Assembly (NCBI RefSeq): GCF_018977255.1
Contig: NW_024704743.1
Coordinates: forward strand, 108,378,001 to 108,442,000
DNA: 64,000 nucleotides
Direction of reading: 5' to 3'
Source of the DNA: Callorhinchus milii
Taxonomy: Eukaryota
Part shown: in pieces, positions 12,207 through 23,657 of the stretch
How positions within the stretch are numbered: the stretch's first letter is position 1
Layout: each line of letters opens with the position of its first letter
Program-made: the position numbers and the translations under genes
Notes under the pieces: model-generated
Seen by the model: only the letters and a program-made list of their open reading frames with translations
Told to the model about the DNA's origin: nothing
Database searches by the model: none

Positions 12207-12955
12207 CATAGAATCATAGAATTATACAGCACAGAAGGAGGCCATTCGGCCCATAGGGTCTGTGCCAGCTCTTTGAAAAGAGCTATCCAAATCAATCCCA
12301 CTGCCCGCTCTCATCCCATAGCCCTGCAAACTTGTCCTCCCCAAATATTTATCTATTTCTCTTAAAAGTTATCGGATTGGCTTCCACCATCCTTTCAGGC
12401 AATTAATTCGAGATCCGAACAACTCTGACCTGACCAGTGTTTTATAACGGTTCATCATAATTTCCTGACTTTTGTATTCTGGGCCCCTACTTATAAAGCC
12501 CCTCTTGTAATTTGCTACCGTCGTCCTCAACGTTTTCTATTTTTCCTTGCTTAGTATCATCTGCAAACGTGGGTATAGGGAGTACAATTTCCAAGTCCAG
12601 GTCATTTATATAGATCAAAAACAGCAGTGGTCGTAATGCAAACCCCTGGGGGACACGACTGCACACTTCCCTCCAGTCAGAAAAACAACCATTCACCATC
12701 ATTCTCTGCTTTCTGTCTCCCAGCCAGTTCTGTTTCCATGCTGCCACTGTCCCATTAATATCGTGGGCTTCTATTTTGCTTACAAGTCTCTTAAGTGGCA
12801 CTTTATCAAACAACTTTTGAAAATCCATATAAACTACATCAACTGCGCTACCTTCATCCACCCTCTCTGTTACTTCATCAAAAAACTCAGGTTTGTTAGA
12901 CACGATTTGCTTTTAACAAATCCGTTTTGGATGTCCTTTATTAACCCATATTTTT
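12207..12955 (-). mobile_element. CR1 LINE fragment (RT domain plus 3'UTR, internally deleted)
   Basis: ORF 12487-12903: VDVVYMDFQKLFDKVP...VPQG...PLLFLIYINDLD...FADDTK. Antisense CR1 tail catagaatcatagaa at 12207. Confidence 0.92.
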
Positions 12956-13299
12956 CATTCCCACTTCATGGGGTAACAACGTAACTCAATCTATATCCTG
13001 AAAAGCAGCATTTAAATCAGTCTGGGATTGGAAACCAACAATTTGAGCCATTGATTTTAAATTAAGGTAATGGAGAAAATCTTCAGGTCCATCTGTTGTA
13101 TTGTGGTATGTTTCACACAAGAGACAAGTCTCAGGACTTTGGAGCTTGGGTATAGATGGAAAATACAATTTTCATTTGTGTTTCTATGGCAGATTCCATA
13201 CAAATAGTATCTTCTGAAAAATTGAATCACCCAATTTGTTCACTTAAACTTTCACCAACACTTCTATATCTTAACATCTATTAATATAATATATAATAC

Positions 13300-13920
13300 A
13301 CTATGTGGGATGAAGGGACTTTAGCTGTGATGAGAAGTTGAGTAAACCTAGGTATATTTTCTAGAGCTAAGGAGGATAAGGGATGATAAAAAAAAAAGAT
13401 ACTGCAGCGATTGAGAGGATAAAAAGGAGGGCAACCAAAATGATTGAGATGGAGGGACTGGACCGCGAGGAGTGATTAGATAAACTGGAAAAGAGAAGGT
13501 TGAGGGGAGATATGATTACGGTCTAAAATTCTGAAGGGAACAGATAATGTAGGCCATGACAAGCTGTTTTATCTTGCACTGAAATGTAGAACCAGAGGAC
13601 GCAGGCTACGATTGAAGGGGGGTAAATTCAAAACAAATCTGCGGAAACACTACTTCAGTGAGCGAGTAGTAAACGTATGGAACAGGCTCCCCAGGGTGAC
13701 AGTGGAAGGAGAAAATGTTGTTTGTTTCAAGAACAAATTTCTTATAGAAAATAATATCTTGGGATACATTGTATAGTTTGGGACATTAGAGAGATTTCTG
13801 CAGGAAATTAATAGCTCGGGATACAGTATGTAATTTGGGACACGACATGTCAAGCGGCTGCCAAGGTGGTGAAAGGAGAACTAGATGGACCTTGGTCTTC
13901 TTTTGCCTAGCAAACTCTTA
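13300..13920 (+). mobile_element. Old CR1 LINE 3' fragments
   Basis: gaaaagagaaggttgaggggagatatgatt (EKRRLRGDMI) and ttcagtgagcgagtagtaaacgtatggaacaggctccc (FSERVVNVWNRLP). Confidence 0.8.
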
Positions 13921-14074
13921 TCAGGTTGAGTTATTCAAGATAACGAAGACAATTCATTATTCAAGATAATTCAAGATAATGAAGGGAATTGATGAGGAAT
14001 GACAACTCCAGAACAAGGGACCATAATCTTAAAATCAGAGCCAAGCCCATTAAAATGAATGCGATCCATATGTC

Positions 14075-14226
14075 CTCCTACCGTGCCTTTGATCACCCTC
14101 CTTATCCACCTGCCCTCCATCCTCCCTGATCCCGACCCCCAGCTCAGGTCCAAAACACTGATTGTCCATCGCCTTAGGATGTCCTCCCGACGTGAAAGGC
14201 GCTATACAAATGTAATTTTGTTGTTG
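14075..14226 (+). mobile_element. L2 3'UTR/tail fragment
   Basis: ggatgtcctcccgacgtgaaaggcgctatacaaatgtaattttgttgttg. Confidence 0.85.
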
Positions 14227-15377
14227 TCCACACAAAGGGATGGGAAATGCATTGAAACCTTACAGGAATACAGCTGTACGAGTCATATCTAAAATGGTAA
14301 AATCAAAACCAAAAGTGCAAATCATTGTGATAAATTATTTGTGAGAGCAATGGCGCAGGTTCCAATTGTCTGATCATCCGAATTAGCAGGCAGTGTTTTG
14401 ACACTAAAATCAGATAAAATCTGACAAAACACAGTCTAATCTTTGGAAGTAGGAGGCATCCCCTGTACCATAAGGGAATCCCTCAATTACCTGTGAATCC
14501 ACCACGTCAATGTAAATCACAGCCCAATGAGTATTGCGTTATCTTTTGAAAAATAATATATATATCCCAGATGGGATTTTAACCTTGACAAAGATGGATG
14601 AGTCATTTATTTTGTGCTTTATGCAGTGGGTTTTCTGAAGGAACTTTATGGTACAGAAGTCAATGTACTTTCTCTTATTTCAGGTTGACAGAGAAGGAAG
14701 AGCAGTAGAGGGAAAAGGTTTTTGAGCAAGAAAAATGGCTTTTAGAATGATGACACTTAGTAAGAAGCATAAAAGTCTACAACTTTGCTTTAGAAAGAAA
14801 AAGGAACGATAAAATTGTATTGGACGCTGTATTGGTGCAGTTATTTCTAGGAAGGCGATGCCAGATGATCTAAAAATGAGATTGCAAGTGACTTAAGGAC
14901 ATAGGTAATGCATCCATTGATACCAGTCACCATTCCAGAAACAAGATTGCTTCATCTAGTCAAAAGTCATGTTTTCATACCCTTGAAGGTTTAATATAGA
15001 AGCCAAGTGATTACTTGTTACCAGAATTGATTACAGACTTAATGACCTTAACCTGGGCATTTTGCTGTTACTGTTAATCTTGTATCTATTTTATTTTGAA
15101 TTAAGAAATGCTGGTCTGAATGGACCTGCATTATTGTATCACTCCTCTTTCTTCCCCCCCACCCCCAACTCTGTTCACAATGATGAATCCAGCACCTGTG
15201 GCTTTGGATTTGTAGCTTGGGTATTAATAGAAATCTCCAAAAGTCGATATTCTGTTTACGACCCATAGAAGGCCATAAGATAAAACTTTATTTTCTCAGG
15301 CTTGCCTTTGCAGATTTCACCATTGAAAAGGGGGAGGTAAGTGGAGAGGGTCCCTGACACCCATCCAGTTTGATGTG

Positions 15378-15737
15378 TATCAGCCTGGCACATTGGTAGT
15401 ACTCTCGCCTCTGAGTCAGAAGGTTGTGGGTTCAAGCTCCATGTCGGGACTTGGATTCACATAGTCTAAGATGGACACTTCAGTGCAGTGCTGTGGTTAT
15501 ACTGCATTGTCGTAGGTGCCATCCTTTGAATGAGACATTATATGGAGGTTCCATCTGTCAGTTCAAGTGGATGTTAAAGATGCCATGACACTATTTGAAA
15601 AGACAAGGGAGTTTCTCCCAGTGTCCTGGTCAACAATCCCCACAAAATGCATGAAACATTATACTTTACCATGTGAAGAGCTTTGAGACATCCTCCTGAT
15701 GTGAAAGATGGTGTATCAAAGGCAAGGATTATTATTA
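15378..15737 (+). mobile_element. DeuSINE-type SINE (SacSINE1/AmnSINE1-like), near full length
   Basis: tRNA-like head (ggtagtactctcgcctctgagtcagaaggttgtgggttcaag), Deu core (gtggatgttaaagatgccatgacactatttgaaaaga...gtgtcctggtcaa) and shared tail. Confidence 0.85.
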
Positions 15738-16190
15738 AATATGAATAGATGCTATATTGTCTCTATTGTATTTGCTTCCAAATGATTAGTTTACTTTTGT
15801 ATGCCCAATTAGGCTGAATAAAACAGCTGCTTAAACTATTGGGTCTATTCAGTTCCTGATAACTTTTGGCAAATATAGTGTTAAATCTGCTCCACTAACT
15901 GCTTGATCTATGTTGGGGACAAAAGAGTTGCATCATCTGTTGATAATGTCCTGGCTGAGACTGGTTGCTGCTGGTGTAATGTAACAGTCACATTTTATGC
16001 ATAAGTTCAGCACAGGACCACTTTCAATATGATAAATGATTAAATTGAATAACTGTGATTCCTTTAAGTTGGCAGGAGCTTGATTGGTTCGTGTTTGAAT
16101 CCTTTGTGCAGTTTCTAATTCTACCATCTGTGCTGGTAGTCTTGTTCCACATGGTAGTATCTTTCACAAAAAAATGTTCTGCATTCTCGC

Positions 16191-16532
16191 GGAGTCCTGT
16201 AGATCTGTTTTAGAGCACTCGTCTCGCAAGCGAGAGACCTGGGTTCCCGGTAGGACGAAATGTTGGGCAAATATCCTTACTCCACGTGCCTTTGTTTACC
16301 TAACAGTCAGTAGGAACCCAGTTGTTAGTTGATTGCTGGATCGCTTTTCTAGGGGTAATAGTTCCTTCAAAAAAAATTGGTCACTTCAATCCACGACTGT
16401 TTGCGGGACACCTCTGTGCGCAATTGGCGTGTGGAGTCAGGAAACTTGCCTAAGCTTTTGCTCTGCCTAGGAATCGAATCCAGATCCTCTCGCTTGCAAG
16501 GTGTACTCGCTAAACATTACTCTACGGGACTC
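16191..16532. mobile_element. Two convergent tRNA-Ala SINE 5' halves fused, with no tails
   Basis: + copy at 16191-16425 and - copy head at 16426-16532. Confidence 0.8.
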
Positions 16533-18078
16533 GCACATTATCTGCCACATTATTCTGTCTATTCACTATTTTACCCCTATTCATGAGTCCTGTAAAACCA
16601 TCAAAGAAATCCAATAAATGTATTAAGCACAACTCCCACCCATGAAGCCAAAATGTAGCTTCAGATTACTGTAAACACCTTGTACATATGATCCATTATA
16701 CTATCCTTCATCGTATTTTCGAACAGTTTCCCACAATTGATGTGAAGCTTACAGGTCTGCAGTTTTATCCATAGCTCTTTTTTAAAAAATTCTATTATAC
16801 ACTTTGCTGGGATTTGCCCCAGACCCCGTGAGCTCTGAAAATATCCATGAGGGGAGTCACAATCATCTGAGTCAATTCCTTTTGAACTTTAAAATTGTTT
16901 GGGCTGTCCTCCCAACGTGAAAGGCGCTCTATAAGTGTAATGTTGTTGTTGTTTGCAGCCCTTATCAAATTCTTGATATTCCACAGCCTGCTTTGATAGA
17001 TCTTCCTATTCTGTTCATTTCATAAATTCAATTTGGAATGTACTTACAGAAGAACTGAAGACTTCCAGTGTTCCTCGTTATTCTTTTGGAACTTTAAAAT
17101 TGTCAGAGTCAAGAGACGTATCAACCTTGACTCTTAAACTAAGAACATTTTAAAAATCTTTCAGCTAAAACAGTCTGAATAGTGCCAAGCCTATATCTGG
17201 AGGATTGGTGAGTTCACAGAGCTCACTGTCACAGTCTGAGGGAGAGTGATATGAGACACTGGATGCTCCCATTGTCCCTCTGCAATAATGAAAGTAAATG
17301 ATCTTTGTTAGCACTGTGTAAAAAAAAAAAGGTGGTTTATTCCTCAGATGGAGTAATTGGTGGGCAAATTCAGTACGGTTTTCAGAAACGTGGATTACGC
17401 CCCTCTAACCTGCCCCTTCTGTTCACACCATTAATTTAATCTCTGCTGACTATGTGGAATTGTCCTGGAGGCTGTTAACCCATCAGATTTGTAAACCGTT
17501 ATTGGGTTTGAATGGGCTTTAGGATATGTGACTCTTGAAATTCTGGACATTGCAAGATCCTAGCGAAGTCCCTGATCCATCTCTCTGTATATTTACATTT
17601 GTATTTTTTTAATATGAGGTTATTATAGCAATGTGCCCTACAGGAATCCACATGACAAAAATCCAAATGAAGTGCATTGGTTCCTGGGTTTTAGATAACG
17701 AAACTAACTGCAGGCTCGATGAGTGTTATCATATCCAAGGGTGACACACTCTGTCTGAGAGGATCAGAAACCTAAGGATCATGGCCTTAAGGGCTTAGGC
17801 TTAAAGTGTGGGCACAGACTTACCACCATCAGATTCTGCCTTTTCACTACTGCTTTATTGAGAGGGAAGTATGCATTATAATATGTACACTTGTCATTCC
17901 TGGTTTCTTAGAGGCAAGAAAAGATGCTAAGGATGATGTTTCCTAACTTTATTGCTACTGACTATCAAGTACTGACAAAAAACGCCAACCAAAGTCATCT
18001 TCTTTGCCATGTATATGATGTATTTGATGGTGTCAGCCTGACTCAGTTCATAGCACTCTCACCTGTACATCAGACAGT

Positions 18079-18663
18079 CTATGGGAACTACTCTCTCCTC
18101 GCCGGCCTTCCCGCCACCTCCCTCCACAAGCTGCAGGTCATTCAGAACTCTGCAGCTCGTGTACTGTCCCGCACCAGGCTTCACGACCACATCACTCCCA
18201 CCCTCGCTCGCCTCCACTGGCTCCCCATCCCCCAGAGGATCGAATTCAAGATCCTCATCCTCACCTACAAGGCCATTCACGGCCTTGCTCCCTCCTACCT
18301 CTCCGACCTACTATCCCCTCACCTACCTGCCCGTACCCTCCATTCCTCCGGCTCCGGTCTGCTCCACATCCCCCGCCCCAACCGCCCGACCAGAGGTGGC
18401 CTTCAGCCTCTCAGCCCCCAGGCTCTGGAACTCCATCCCCCAGTGCCTTCGCCGCCTCCTCCCTTTCCTCCTTCAAGGCCGGTCTCAAGACCTTTCTCTT
18501 TGACCGTGCCTTCAGCTCCCCTCTCGACTCTCTACCCCTCCTCGCTCCCTCCCTTCCCTCACCCTGACCATTTCCCCCTTGCTCGGGTCCTGACCCAACT
18601 GTACAGTGCCTTGGAATGTCTCCCGACGTGAAAGGCGCTCAATAAATGGAATCTTGTTGTTGT
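18079..18663 (+). mobile_element. Young 5'-truncated L2 LINE nested in a SINE head
   Basis: YGNYSLLAGLP...LQVIQNSAAR...LARLHWLPIPQRIEFKIL. Nearly identical to the copies at 23834-25330 and 52066-52692. (TTG)n tail. Confidence 0.95.
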
Positions 18664-19074
18664 AGGTTCAAGCTCCACATTGAAATATCTCAATGACGTG
18701 ATAAGGTGGTATGCCAAATGCAAGGATGATTATTATATGCATTTGGTGGCAATTTAATCACTGAAGCATTTCAATATTACAGATGTAGTTACAAATTACC
18801 GACAGTAGAGGGAGCCAAATTGATAGCTATAGTTAAATGTTACTGCTCTGCTCCATATAAAGAGAAACTAGTATAATCAGAACAGCTTTTGTGACTGAAT
18901 TATTGCACAGTATCAAATGTTCAATATCTCAAAGTACTTGCAACAATATGTCAAAATCTATTTTTTTAAATGAAATTACAGGGGATGGGTGAAAGAGCAA
19001 CAAGATAGACACCGTCCTTTTACTTCTGAGACCTGAGTTAAAAAGTCATCTTTGTTCGATAACCTTAGCAAAAA

Positions 19075-19563
19075 TACTTGCATTTAATATAGCTACTTAT
19101 CACATAATTGAGATGTCTCAAAGTGTTTCACAGGATAGATGACTGTATTTTATGAGCAAACGCGACAGTCAGTTGGGTACAGCAATGTCCTACAAACAGC
19201 CATGGCTGTGACTAACATTTGGGGTGGGGCGGGAGGGGGTTGGCAGGACCCGGGCGAAACTCCCTTCACTTTTCAAGTGATTTAACCTAAACAGGCAGAC
19301 TGGACCTCAGTTTGTCGTCTCATCTGAATATTAGTCACAGTCATGGCTGTTTGTGGGACATTGCTGTACCCAACTGACTGTCGCGTTTGCTCACAAAATA
19401 CACAATCATCTATCCTGTGAAGCACTTTGAGACATCTCAATTATGTGATAACAATGCAACACACCTCCAGCACTGCACAGTATCATTCCAAGTCCCAACC
19501 TGGGCTTGAACCTACAACCTCTGAATCAGAGGCGAGAGCGCTACCACTGAGTTAGGCTGACAC
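19075..19563 (-). mobile_element. DeuSINE-type SINE carrying an internal inverted duplication
   Basis: Antisense tail at about 19075, antisense head at 19490-19563, and a sense duplicate at 19328-19451. Confidence 0.85.
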
Positions 19564-19714
19564 AATATAAAAGTTCCCAGTTTAGAGTGGGTGTGACTCC
19601 TAAGTAAAAAGCTGCCAATACTTCATACTTCATCGTTGATTGTCAATTTTGCACAGAGAAACCGCAATGGTGATTAGTGTTGGAAATTAAAATAGAGTTT
19701 TTCATGTGGAGAGG

Positions 19715-20045
19715 ATATCTCAAAGCATTTGCAGGATTAACTGAAGTGACTCTGTATTTGGTAGGTCAACACAGTAGCCAATTTGCACATAATATTTGCA
19801 CAAACAGTCTGATTTTATCTGGGATATTGTTAGCCAGGACACAAAGAGAAACGTCCTTCTCTTTTTAAAATAATGATTTGGGTTCTTTAACATCCGCCTG
19901 AACAGGCAGACTAGATCTCTTTAATATATCATCCCAGCAACCGCACCTCCAAAATTGTAGTGTTTCACCAGCACTGTGTTAAAGTGTCAGTCTAAACCTT
20001 CTGACTCAGACGCAAGAGTACTACCAACTGAGCTAAGCTGACACA
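19715..20045 (-). mobile_element. DeuSINE-type SINE
   Basis: tctttaacatccgcctgaacaggcagac...ccttctgactcagacgcaagagtactaccaactgagc. Confidence 0.75.
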
Positions 20046-20249
20046 CTGATACATCAGGGTACACCATATGGAGAGGCTGAAGTACATTGCTGAGGCAGAG
20101 TACCCCCAGTTTAACCCAAGCTATACCTGAGCAGGAATGCTGGATACTAACATTCGTGCCAAAATTGAGATTGGGTTCCTCTGTCACCCTTCATCTTGAT
20201 CAACATTTGTAAACTGAATACAGTGTTCATTATTGCAGACCTGACGGAA

Positions 20250-20535
20250 TGAATAAGAAAACAATGACCAATGTTATCTGGGAAATTGTTGGTTGAGACA
20301 TTGGGAGAACCCCCCCTTCCCTACACTCATCAAATGGTGTCCTAGGATCTTTAACATCCACCTGAAGAATAGGCTGAGGGGATCTTGGTTTAAGCGTTCT
20401 GAGACGCTACCTGCGTGAGGGGCGCTATATAATTGCGTTGTTGTTGTTAATGTCTTATCTGAAAGACGGCACCTCTAACAATATTGCATTGGAGTGCCAG
20501 CCTGCAAGGCGAGCTCAAGTCCCGATACTGGACTT
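20250..20535 (-). mobile_element. DeuSINE-type SINE fragment with a nested L2-type tail (20394-20446)
   Basis: ggatctttaacatccacctgaa...[tail insert]...ttaatgtcttatctgaaagacggcacc. Confidence 0.7.
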
Positions 20536-21171
20536 GCAGTTTCTAATATGTTCACATTTAAGGAGAGAGACCAAGAATGGCATTGGGAAGCAGGTTATAT
20601 GCATGGGTAAGAGAGAACCTTTTTGGTTTGACCTAGGCTGAAGTTGATTTTGCATTGAGAGCAAATGACTGTTTCCAGCACAAAGAAGATTCATTTTATA
20701 CTGAAAACACGAGTAGCCTTTTTTTTCCCACATTTAGGATGCCAGTAATGGTGTTTCTGCAAATAATTCTACTGCAGTTTCTCAGCTTTGATTCCAAGTT
20801 TAAATACCTCACGTCAAAACATTAAAGCATACGGTCCTTCTAATTGCTACTGCAGTGCTTGGTGCTGACTGTAAAGCGCTGACAAGTACTGATAAAAAAA
20901 GAGCATTAATAGCATTACTTACAAGCAGAAATGAATATATAATGCTCTGTCTAAGCTGTGAGTACGTGCTTGAATGGATTTGTTGCATGTTTTCACTGTT
21001 TTCTCAATTCCAAGATTCCTGCACAGTGAACAAAAGCACTGAGTTAACATTTCAAACTGATCTATTTTTAGCATTTGCCTTGACAACCAGTGGCCAAGTG
21101 GACAATTCAGACATAGTGAGCTCATGTGCTTCTGTTTGTAGTTATATATTATCACGATATTCCTAATCAAT

Positions 21172-21690
21172 TGTCAGCCTGGCTCAGTTGGTAACTTTCT
21201 TGCCTCTGAGTCAGAAGGTTGCAGGTTCATGGGCCCATGTTGGGACTTTGAACTCATTCTCCAACACTATGTTGTTGGAGGTGCAGTCCTCTGGATTAGA
21301 TTTGAAACCGAGGCTCCAGCTGTCTGTGCAGGTGGATGTTAAAGATCCCATGGCATTATTCATAAAGAGAAGGGAGTTTCTCCTGGTGTCCTGGTTAACA
21401 ATCCCCCAAATAAAATTGGTCACTCACTTCATGGCAGAATGTGCACAAATTGTCTGCCTTGTTCGCTCACAAAATAAGCCCCGCTTTACAGTATACTTTA
21501 TAAAGCACTTCAAGACCTCTCAACAATGTGATAAGGTGCTATATCAAATGCAAGGATGATTACTATTATCATGGCTGTTTGTGGGACCTTACTCTTTACA
21601 AAATGACTGTGTATTTGCCTACATAAAACAGTCACTGTCTTTTATAATAATTATTGTACGGTGTTTTGAGATATTTCAAAGTATGAAACT
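21172..21690 (+). mobile_element. DeuSINE-type SINE, full length, followed by a second 3' portion
   Basis: tgtcagcctggctcagttggta...caggtggatgttaaagatcccatggca...gctatatcaaatgcaaggatgatt, then catggctgtttgtgggac again at 21570. Confidence 0.85.
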
Positions 21691-22324
21691 TTCTTTTTAT
21701 ATGATTTGTCTCCTACAATATTTTGCCAGCAGGACTTCTCCTCTGACTACTCTCTCTTTCCAGTCAGATTCAGGCTTCCTGCTACCGAGAAGCTGAGGAG
21801 AGGAGAAGGAGCTGGTGTTAATCTTTCCCCTCACTGCCTTTTGGTGTCGCTGTTGTTTCTTTACAAGATTCTCTGACAGGATAGCATCACTCCATGGTAG
21901 GCCTTATCGTTTCCTAAATAAATAACAAAACTTGCACTTCATAGCACCCATTTCACATTAATGCAAGGAGAAAGGAATATATTATTATAAAATGTCTCAA
22001 TGCACTTCACAGGTAATTACTATTAAGTGGAGTGATTACTTTTGAAATTGACTAATCTCTAGTCTTGATGAATGTTAATATTGAAGCTATGTTTTCTAGT
22101 TCTGTGCTCAGCAGAGTCCAAGTTAACTATGCTGCTAACATGCACACTATCATTACATGCACATCTCTGCCCCTCATTGTTCAAAGCCCCTGGGCAAGTG
22201 CCTGTCTCCCTTATTTGAAAAGGAAACAATTGCAAGGCTATGGGGCATTGGGACTAATTGGATAGCACTTTCAAACAGCTAGTACAGGCACTTTGGACTG
22301 AATGGCCTCCTGTGTTGAGATAAT

Positions 22325-23657
22325 ACTTCCTTCTCCACTGTCTTTCCTCTCACCTCAACCTTCATGGTTCTGTCCTTGACAGCGATTGGGACATCCTCCT
22401 GATGTGAAAGGCGCTATACAAATGTAATTTGTTGTTGACTGGTTTCAATCCTATTTTTCACCATCTTCAATTTGTCTCCACAAACGGTTTCACCTCCAGC
22501 CCAACAAAATCAACAAGATTACATTTGTATAACGCCTTTCATGTCGGGAGGATGTCCAAGGCGCTGGACAGAGTACAGCATTTCAGACTCTAGCCCATGC
22601 ACTATCTCATGCGGCATTCCTCAGGCCTCTGTTCTCGGTCTTCTCTTCTTCAATCTGTACATCCTCCCTCTTGGTGACATTATCCGCAGACATGGAGTCA
22701 ACTTCCACATGTACGCGGTTGACACAACCAACTTTATCTCTCTGCCTCCACCCTAGACTCCAGGACCACTGCTGTCCTGGCAGACTGTCTGTCAGACATC
22801 ATGTCCTGGACAAGAGCTAACTTTCTCCAGTTTAATATCAACTAGATCGAGGGTCTCCTGATTGGCTCCCATCAGCGCCTCCTCACCTCAGGCATTGGCA
22901 GCATAACCATCCATGGATGCACACTCCGCTGCACTGAGCCAATCCGGAACTTTGGGATCCTGGTTGACTCTCAACTGTGCTCTCTCCCCCACATCCATGC
23001 CATGACCCTCTTTGCCTTTCCCCATCTCCGCAAGATCACCCGGCTCAGTCATGACCTCTCCCCTCAGGTTGAAACCCTCATCCACGCATCTAGGTTCAAC
23101 TACTCCAACTCCTTACTTGTTGGCCTTCCCAACTCTTCCCTCCACAAACTGTAGATCATCCAGAACTCTACAGCTCATGCCTTCTCCCACACCAGACTCC
23201 ATGACCCTTCATCCCCACCCTCGCCCAGCTCCGCTGGCTCTCCATCCCTGATTATAGAGTTCAAAATCCTCGGCCTCACCTTCAAGGCCCTCCACGGCCT
23301 TGCTCCTTCCTGCCTCTGTGACCTGCTAACTCCATCTCAACCTGCCCGCTCTCTCCGCTCTGCAGGTTATGGCCTCCTCCATGTCCCCCACCTGGACCTC
23401 CCCACCAATGGTGGTTGGGCCTTCAGCCTTTCTGCCTGGACCATTTGGAACTTCATTCCACATTCACTTCCTCTCTTGCCGCCTTCAAGGCACATCTCAA
23501 AACCCTATTTTTGAACCCGCCTTCGGACACCCTCGTACCTTCCCTGCCCTACCTTCCTGATCACAACCACCTGCTCAAATCCAAATCCCTGACTGTCCAA
23601 TGCCTTGGGACATCCTCCCGATGTGAAAGCGCTATACAAATGTAATTTGTTGTTGTT
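22325..23657 (+). mobile_element. Older L2 LINE (RT region to tail) with two nested tail-only insertions
   Basis: CGIPQASVLGLLFFNLYILPLGDIIRRHGVNFHMYA, frameshifted. Tail ends gcgctatacaaatgtaatttgttgttgttg. Confidence 0.9.

Noticed and set aside
14668..14910. Possible extra exon (acceptor ttctcttatttcAG, donor AG|GTAATG)
   Set aside because: No recognisable coding homology, and such motifs are frequent by chance.
17924..18631. 235-aa ORF as a novel gene
   Set aside because: It is a chance fusion of flank, SINE head and a truncated L2.
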